DNA of 43,549 bases from the NCBI RefSeq assembly GCF_001194135.2, contig NC_068994.1:38481877-38525425 (forward strand). The letters are read 5' to 3'. Both the position numbers and the translations under genes were made by a program. The DNA comes from Octopus bimaculoides (lineage: Eukaryota). Under the pieces are notes generated by a model, which saw only the letters and a list, made by a program, of their open reading frames with translations, ran no database searches and was not told where the DNA came from. Shown in pieces: positions 35,811-43,549 of the stretch. Every line of letters begins with the position of its first letter. Positions within the stretch are counted from its first letter, which is position 1.

Positions 35811-36055
35811 GAATCACACAAGTAATGTTGTGTATTTCTAGTATTTCATTAAAAAAAGCATTTTAAGCCTTGTGGAAAGGATGTCTTTTTTGGACACAAA
35901 TGAAGATTAGTGACAGGAAGGACATCTGACATAAACGAATTTTGTTCAGCTCATACAAGCATGGAAGCATGAACATTAGAACTAACGACGATCGTAACTA
36001 ACTGTATTAAAATACATTTACAAGTTTTAGAGTATATTGCAGAGATATTCAGTAC

Positions 36056-36206
36056 CTGGCAGTTCCTCATAATGTCCAGCACTACTGACACTCCAACCAT
36101 GACCACTATCAGTGAGAGATGACAATGTTGCCATCTCATTGAATTGGTCAGAACTGTTTAGTTCTCTGTAACCTGGAGCCATACTTTCTTCTCTTGGAAC
36201 AAACAT
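36056..36206 (-). CDS. Protocadherin copy E, 151-nt cytoplasmic exon
   Basis: Hand translation MFVPREESMAPGYRELNSSDQFNEMATLSSLTDSGHGWSVSSAGHYEELP. Donor is the altered CCAG|gtactg. Confidence 0.85.
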
Positions 36207-36502
36207 CTAAAAACAGTAAAATAAATCCAATGTATTTCATACTATTTCATAATTCTAGTTTTGTTAGCATATTATTAGGTATAACATCAAGTATTACAAT
36301 TTATATAGATCCTATTAATTATCATGTGAGTTAGTATAAAATTTTAAACAGTAATTTAGAATCTTCATCTTTTAAATTAGAATTGATCAAATGCTATTAA
36401 CTTTATTCTTTTACACCCTGCGGAAGTGTTGCTAAAGTTCTGAATAAATTTCTTCAAATTTCATGCTAATACTGGAATTTTAAAAAGTGAATATTATCTC
36501 AC

Positions 36503-38907
36503 CTGTTCATGTTGTCTTAATGTCCGATTATCCCATCTATCACTTGGCATGGTTCTGTAGTGAATATCTTCCTTGTCAACAATTGGTTGCTGAGATTTCT
36601 TCAGATTTCTCTCCAGTGTGTACTGAACTCCAGGAGGAACACAAGTAGGATCAAATATATATTTTGATTGGATGTTTAATGTAGGTGTAACCTTGTGGTA
36701 CATATCAACACTACTATCATAATTGCTATCTGTCTGCTTCATTCTATGAACTATACAGATTGATATAGAGATCACTATAACAACTGATACTATCACAGCT
36801 GCTATAACAATAACAATCATCACATTCAATTGGAGACCATTACTTGATTCTGTTGTTGTCTTTGAAGGGGTCTTAAATATCTTTGATGTGTTGTTACTAA
36901 CTGTTAGAGTCAAAGACAAAGTTGTTGTTGATGACAGAACTGGACTACCACTGTCTTTCACACCTAATTCCAGTTCATAGANNNNNNNNNNNNNNNNNNN
37001 NNNNNNNNNNNNNNNNNNNNNNNNNNNNNNNNNNNNNNNNNNNNNNNNNNNNNNNNNNNNNNNNNNNNNNNNNNNNNNNNNNNNNNNNNNNNNNNNNNNN
37101 NNNNNNNNNNNNNNNNNNNNNNNNNNNNNNNNNNNNNNNNNNNNNNNNNNNNNNNNNNNNNNNNNNNNNNNNNNNNNNNNNNNNNNNNNNNNNNNNNNNN
37201 NNNNNNNNNNNNNNNNNNNNNNNNNNNNNNNNNNNNNNNNNNNNNNNNNNNNNNNNNNNNNNNNNNNNNNNNNNNNNNNNNNNNNNNNNNNNNNNNNNNN
37301 NNNNNNNNNNNNNNNNNNNNNNNNNNNNNNNNNNNNNNNNNNNNNNNNNNNNNNNNNNNNNNNNNNNNNNNNNNNNNNNNNNNNNNNNNNNNNNNNNNNN
37401 NNNNNNNNNNNNNNNNNGTGATATCATGGTCTGAGTGGGGATGGTAGTGGACATTAAGACTGAAAGGGTTAACATTAGGGAAACTGAAATAGGGAGCATT
37501 ATCATTTAAATCTATAATCTCAACAACAACATTTGCTGTGTTCTCCAGTGATGGTGTTCCTTTATCTTTTACTAAAACCTTAAACTCATACCTGTTCTCT
37601 TCTTCTCTGTCTAGTGACTCAGTTGTAGAAATAAATCCCATATCAGATATCTGAAATGGTAAATTATCTTTTCCATTTGTCAACAGAGAATAGATCAATT
37701 GTCCTCCATCTCCAGCATCTGGGTCTGTAGCATTGACATATCCAACAGGGAAGTCTTTGTGTTCATTTTCATAGGTGAGAAACTTAAATGTGTCCTGGCT
37801 AAACTGAGGTTGTACATCATTTATGTCAGTGACCATCATAGAAAACTGTTTCTCCACTGTCAATGGCGGTAAACCATTATCTTGACATTTAATGGTGAAA
37901 TTAAATCTCTTCTCACTCTCTCTATCTATTTCACTCTTGACAATAACTTTGTATTTCTTTACAGACTCTGAGATTAGCTGCAGGTATTTATTTTGTAAAT
38001 GACACTTCACTTGTCCATTTTCTCCACTGTCATTGTCAATAACTTTGACATAAGCAACGAAGCTGTGAATTTGAGCTGCTTCTGAGATGACAGCTGTGTT
38101 TCCAGTTGACTTTAAGACAAATCTGACATCAATGTTTGGTGGATTGTTAATGTGACTGATTCCATTTATAAAAGCTGTAACTGTTGATGACATTGACGGT
38201 CTACCATTATCTCTGGCTTCAATAAATAGCTCATAAATTTTACCAAAATCAAAGTCTGTCTTCAAAAACAACTCACCCGTTGCTTCATCTAAATGAAAGC
38301 ATTCTTTTATCATTTTGGGTGTTTTAGCATTATTGAAGACATAAGAAATTCTTCCATTTTCTCCTACATCTAAATCTGTAGCAGACAACCTTACAACAGG
38401 TTTGTTTACGTCATGTGTATCATTTATAGTGACATTGTAAATATTCTGGGAGAATACAGGGTAGTTATCGTTTTTATCGTCTACAAATATTTTTATATCC
38501 AATACACCTTTCTTTGATGGAGATCCTTCATCTGTGGCAATTAACTGAATATTGTAAATGTCTTTTGTCTCACGGTCTAAGTTACCCTCCAAAATTAGTT
38601 GTAATAGATCTGTTCCATCTGGGTTTTTAGAAACAAACAGCTGAAATGGTATATCTACTTTCTCTTTGAGTCGGTAAGTGAGTTTAGAATTCTGAATGCT
38701 AATATCATTATCAATGGCATTTGGAAGTGTTTCTTTTCTTCCTTTTGTCACACTTTCATCATATTTTAAATGAAATTCTTTGTTTGGGAAAATAGGATAA
38801 TTATCATTGACATCTTCTATCATAACTTTGATTTCTAATATCTTAATAACAGAATGGCCATATTGAAGTGCCATTTCTAATATCCTGAAACATTCCACAT
38901 TATACTG
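36503..38907 (-). CDS. Protocadherin copy E, large exon (5' end hidden in gap 38908-39551, EC6 gap 36982-37417)
   Basis: EC1 end through EC5, end of EC6 (YELELGVKDSGSPVLSSTTTL), TM matching A and B. Donor CAG|gtgag at 36503. Confidence 0.9.
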
Positions 38908-39551
38908 NNNNNNNNNNNNNNNNNNNNNNNNNNNNNNNNNNNNNNNNNNNNNNNNNNNNNNNNNNNNNNNNNNNNNNNNNNNNNNNNNNNNNNNNNNNNN
39001 NNNNNNNNNNNNNNNNNNNNNNNNNNNNNNNNNNNNNNNNNNNNNNNNNNNNNNNNNNNNNNNNNNNNNNNNNNNNNNNNNNNNNNNNNNNNNNNNNNNN
39101 NNNNNNNNNNNNNNNNNNNNNNNNNNNNNNNNNNNNNNNNNNNNNNNNNNNNNNNNNNNNNNNNNNNNNNNNNNNNNNNNNNNNNNNNNNNNNNNNNNNN
39201 NNNNNNNNNNNNNNNNNNNNNNNNNNNNNNNNNNNNNNNNNNNNNNNNNNNNNNNNNNNNNNNNNNNNNNNNNNNNNNNNNNNNNNNNNNNNNNNNNNNN
39301 NNNNNNNNNNNNNNNNNNNNNNNNNNNNNNNNNNNNNNNNNNNNNNNNNNNNNNNNNNNNNNNNNNNNNNNNNNNNNNNNNNNNNNNNNNNNNNNNNNNN
39401 NNNNNNNNNNNNNNNNNNNNNNNNNNNNNNNNNNNNNNNNNNNNNNNNNNNNNNNNNNNNNNNNNNNNNNNNNNNNNNNNNNNNNNNNNNNNNNNNNNNN
39501 NNNNNNNNNNNNNNNNNNNNNNNNNNNNNNNNNNNNNNNNNNNNNNNNNNN

Positions 39552-39915
39552 GTCCCACTGTGTGGCACCTTGGTCAAGTCTCTTCTATTACAGTCTAACT
39601 GAACACTTGTGAAAGTATTTGAGTATTTGGTAGATGGAAAGAGAAAGCCGTCCAGTGCGTGTTTGTGTGTATGCATATGTATGTGTGTGTGCATGCCTGC
39701 ATGCATGTGTGTGTGTGTATCTTTGTGATTGTCTGCCACCACTGCTTGACAACTGGTATTGTTTTGTGTAAAGTCTCTGAAACTTAGCAGTTTGACAAAA
39801 GAGACCGATAGCATAAGCATCGAGCTTAAAAACTAAGTACTGTAGTCGATTTATTCAATTAAACCCTTCAAAGTGGTGCCCCAGCATGGTCACAGTCCAA
39901 TGACTGAAGCAAGTC
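39552..39915 (+). mobile_element. tRNA-derived SINE (family of 2407-3182), 5' end in gap
   Basis: gtcccactgtgtggcaccttggtcaagt...gcttgacaactgg...aaaagagaccgatag...ccagcatggtcacagtccaatgactgaagcaagt. Confidence 0.7.
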
Positions 39916-40409
39916 AAAAAAAAAAAAAAGGTGGGGGATATGACAGAGAGAGAAGGGGAAGATAAATACAAAATACGTACATAGCTATGTTATTCTTAGT
40001 TACCACATACCTCTTGCAATATATTCTATAATATATTATTTACACTTCTGACCTGATAAAAACAATGCATGTACACACACATATACTTTACTTTCAAAAT
40101 ATGCCCAAAATAATGCTGATGTTTTTAATATAACAACCTTTTATTGTGAGTTTTCAGAGTGGGAAATTGTTGTACAGAAAATTTTGTGGTATTCGTTCCT
40201 GCTCTATGTAACCTTTGTTCAAATCTCATAATGATCAACTTCAACTTTTATTTTTTCAGAGTCGTTAATTAAAGTACAATTTCAGCATTGGATTGATCTT
40301 TCTTCCCCATCTTTTTGATACTCACTTGTCTCTATGATAGATCCCTAATAAACGGTTTCAAGATTACATCGAAAATTTCATATCTACACTTATGGTAGTT
40401 ATGCTGCAT

Positions 40410-40660
40410 AACTCAACTTCTCTAGATACATGCCTAGCAAGAACGATCAAACCTATGATTCACAGCATTGACGTTAAGAACATCATATTTTCTTATAGAA
40501 GATTTGAAAAAATACACTGTTATGTGACATTCCATTTCTAAAAACTGCAGGATACGAATCGAGAGAGATTTGGCTGTTATCTCTAACAGGTCAAGCAACG
40601 TCGTTAAAAAAAAAAAACTTCCTCATTAGTGCGTTAAGAGTAACCTCCCTTCCTAATAAC
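40410..40660 (+). mobile_element. Interspersed repeat in intron 1 of copy E
   Basis: Close homologue of 15525-15745 (gagagagatttggctgttatctctaacaggtcaagc...ttaagagtaacctccc). Confidence 0.55.
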
Positions 40661-41222
40661 ACTGCAAAGTCGCTCATTCATAAAATGAACCATTCTAAAG
40701 AAAATAGAAAACTATTTCACGATATAGAGCAAAAACTTGATAAACAATGCAACTAATATAATCTACATCCTGTCATTATCATAATTATATCCAATCATTN
40801 NNNNNNNNNNNNNNNNNNNNNNNNNNNNNNNNNNNNNNNNNNNNNNNNNNNNNNNNNNNNNNNNNNNNNNNNNNNNNNNNNNNNNNNNNNNNNNNNNNNN
40901 NNNNNNNNNNNNNNNNNNNNNNNNNNNNNNNNNNNNNNNNNNNNNNNNNNNNNNNNNNNNNNNNNNNNNNNNNNNNNNNNNNNNNNNNNNNNNNNNNNNN
41001 NNNNNNNNNNNNNNNNNNNNNNNNNNNNNNNNNNNNNNNNNNNNNNNNNNNNNNNNNNNNNNNNNNNNNNNNNNNNNNNNNNNNNNNNNNNNNNNNNNNN
41101 NNNNNNNNNNNNNAATAGTTGTTAGTTGTTTATATTGTTGTTAAAGTACTGTTTCAGTCTTCTGGTCACAAAGTTGTAATAGTGGCAGTAGTTCTGAGTA
41201 GTTTGGTATGTAACAGTGTTAT

Positions 41223-41372
41223 GTAGTTCTATCAAGTTGGTTGTGTAGTATGTAATGTGTGTTATAGCCAATGACAAGCTGTCTATTATTCCAATGCAAG
41301 GAAACGGAAATACAACCTCCAGTTCTTGCAGTAAATGATGGGCTGACTCACAAAATATTTCACTTAGACACA
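41223..41372 (-). promoter_or_regulatory. Conserved promoter block of copy E
   Basis: AGCCAATGAC 41266, GGAAACGGAAAT, TGACTCA 41344-41350. TCAGA at 41195. The first-exon donor presumably lies in the gap ending at 41113. Confidence 0.7.
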
Positions 41373-42871
41373 CTCATATATAGATACATACATATACATG
41401 TGTGTGGTGAGAAGGTACCCAACTAAATGGATGGAAATATTAATAATGTTTAAAGCAATGAAATATAAAATTAAAGTATATTAAAAATATATTATATTTT
41501 AATTTTAGTGCATAAAAGTTATTTTCTAACTTCAGTCAAAGTTTTAAAACTTTTCATCTCAGATCTGCCTTTGGCTTTATAAAATTATCTGCTTGAGACA
41601 TCCTTAATAAATGTCATAGAATAATATTTTTAGAAGATAATTTCATTATAAAATTGTTGAGCCCATTTGAAAATACGAAATTATGGCTCCAAATAATGGT
41701 ATTGAACAATGATTGGAATTGAAGTAATTCTTACTAATAAAGAAGTAATAATTTTGAAATTGAAATAAATCTTTGTAAATTTCTCTTTTAAAACCAAACA
41801 TGAATATTCATCAAAATTGAATCCTGTTAATTTATTTCTGATATATTCATATGTCATATATCTATTGTTTTTCTTACTTTAATTTCTTTTTGCATACATT
41901 AATACTAACTCCCATTTCACTTATCAACTTATCAATAAAGTATATTCTTTATATTGTTTTGAAATAGTAATCTAATGGTGAAAATTCAGAAACAGAGTAA
42001 AGTATTTTGTATACTTTAACTACATAACAAAAATACTTTTAAAGAGAAGAAATATTGTTTTTCCTGGGCTTAAATGAAAGTCTTTCTATATAAGATGGAA
42101 ATATTGAAATTATGCTATCTTCAATAGCTTTTATAAGAAAATGTCCAGAAACTACAATGGAGAATTGTGTTATATATTTTTGTATGGCTTCCCTATGTAT
42201 ATATATATCCTAATATCTTCAGTATGACAGCTTCAATAACATACAAGTTTCTCTAAGCAAACTTTGGTAGATATCAACTGCTAGTTTCTGAGAATATTTC
42301 ATTCTTAACTGTACCAGTCATTCCAAATATTTTGGTAATTCTGTCATATTATCTGCTTGTAATTCCTTAGTATAAATGAATTTACTTCAATTGATGATTT
42401 AATAAGAAAAAATTATCTATTTTGGTGAAAATTTATCATAAATTTATAACTTGAAGAAATGTTATGACGATGTTGATATTAATATTAAATCCTTTATAAT
42501 TACTTTTCATATTTCATTCAGATATTTGTAGTGATATAAAAACTCTATTTTATAAAAGATAANNNNNNNNNNNNNNNNNNNNNNNNNNNNNNNNNNNNNN
42601 NNNNNNNNNNNNNNNNNNNNNNNNNNNNNNNNNNNNNNNNNNNNNNNNNNNNNNNNNNNNNNNNNNNNNNNNNNNNNNNNNNNNNNNNNNNNNNNNNNNN
42701 NNNNNNNNNNNNNNNNNNNNNNNNNNNNNNNNNNNNNNNNNNNNNNNNNNNNNNNNNNNNNNNNNNNNNNNNNNNNNNNNNNNNNNNNNNNNNNNNNNNN
42801 NNNNNNNNNNNNNNNNNNNNNNNNNNNNNNNNNNNNNNNNNNNNNNNNNNNNNNTTCTAAATATTGCAGCA

Positions 42872-43194
42872 TTAGTTTTGTGGTGTTGATAGAGGTGGTA
42901 CTTGAGGTATTGAAGGTACCTTTGGTAATGTTGTTACCTTAGGTACAGCTGGTAGAGGTGGTTTACAGTTTGAAATAAAGGCACTTGTCATTGGCACTGT
43001 AGATGATTGTTCAGTTGTGTTAGATGTGGTCCCAGCTGTAGTCAAAGGTATGTGGTCGAGATGACAAAAAGAGTTCTTGTCAACATTTGGTTGATAGTGA
43101 TATTCACTGTTGTTACTTCCTGTTGATCTGTTGAGAGAGTGTTGAAGTTGATTTCTTCTATTCCATGTACGATCACTTTGATAACGACATAGAT
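42872..43194 (-). CDS. Protocadherin copy F, terminal coding exon (rest of the gene is beyond the window)
   Basis: Acceptor ttccag|AT at 43194. Hand translation DLCRYQSDRTWNRRNQL...KPPLPAVPKV...PLSTPQN* is open to TAA at 42874-42872. 323 nt. Confidence 0.87.
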
Positions 43195-43549
43195 CTGGAA
43201 AATTTCGATCTAAAGGTTATTTCAAAAACAATTTCATGTATGATGAATAGAAACAAAAATTTTTTTAAGTGGGTCTTTAGCAATTATAATTGGAAGTATC
43301 AGTAGTTTAACAAATAAGTAAATAAATAATGTCATGTACAGATACATGCTGGGTATATACAAAGGCTAAGGTTTGGTTTTACATTTAAAATAAGTTTCTT
43401 TGGTAATGATCTGTTATATATGTAGGCATATATGTGTGTATGTTACTGAGCATGCTATTCTCTTCCTCCTACTCATTCTCTCTCCCCCTCACATACACTT
43501 TCTAAAGGAAATCAATTAGATTCAGTCATGGAAAGAGATGAGCTCCACT

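Overview
AT-rich animal genomic DNA from a gapped draft assembly. The protocadherin type and the SINE families point to an octopus or other coleoid cephalopod (inference, not a database match). The window holds a head-to-tail, minus-strand array of protocadherin genes with a period of about 7.3-10 kb. Five copies are nearly complete (named A to E from left to right) and only the last exon of a sixth (F) is present. Each copy has the same four-part layout. (1) A ~150-bp conserved promoter-like block with a short non-coding first exon. (2) One large exon that starts 7 nt before the ATG and encodes signal peptide, six cadherin repeats, transmembrane segment and juxtamembrane tail, ending at a phase-0 donor. 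(3) An invariant 151-nt exon. (4) A terminal exon with a proline-rich tail. Introns carry tRNA-derived SINEs, two MITE-like elements and microsatellites. N-gaps fall in EC6 of every copy. The most notable observations are a promoter cassette (AP-1, ETS-like and CCAAT motifs plus a candidate initiator) with exactly conserved spacing, splice phases that are interchangeable between genes, an EC3-EC4 linker lacking the canonical Ca2+ ligands in all copies, and mosaic homogenisation of the cytoplasmic halves.
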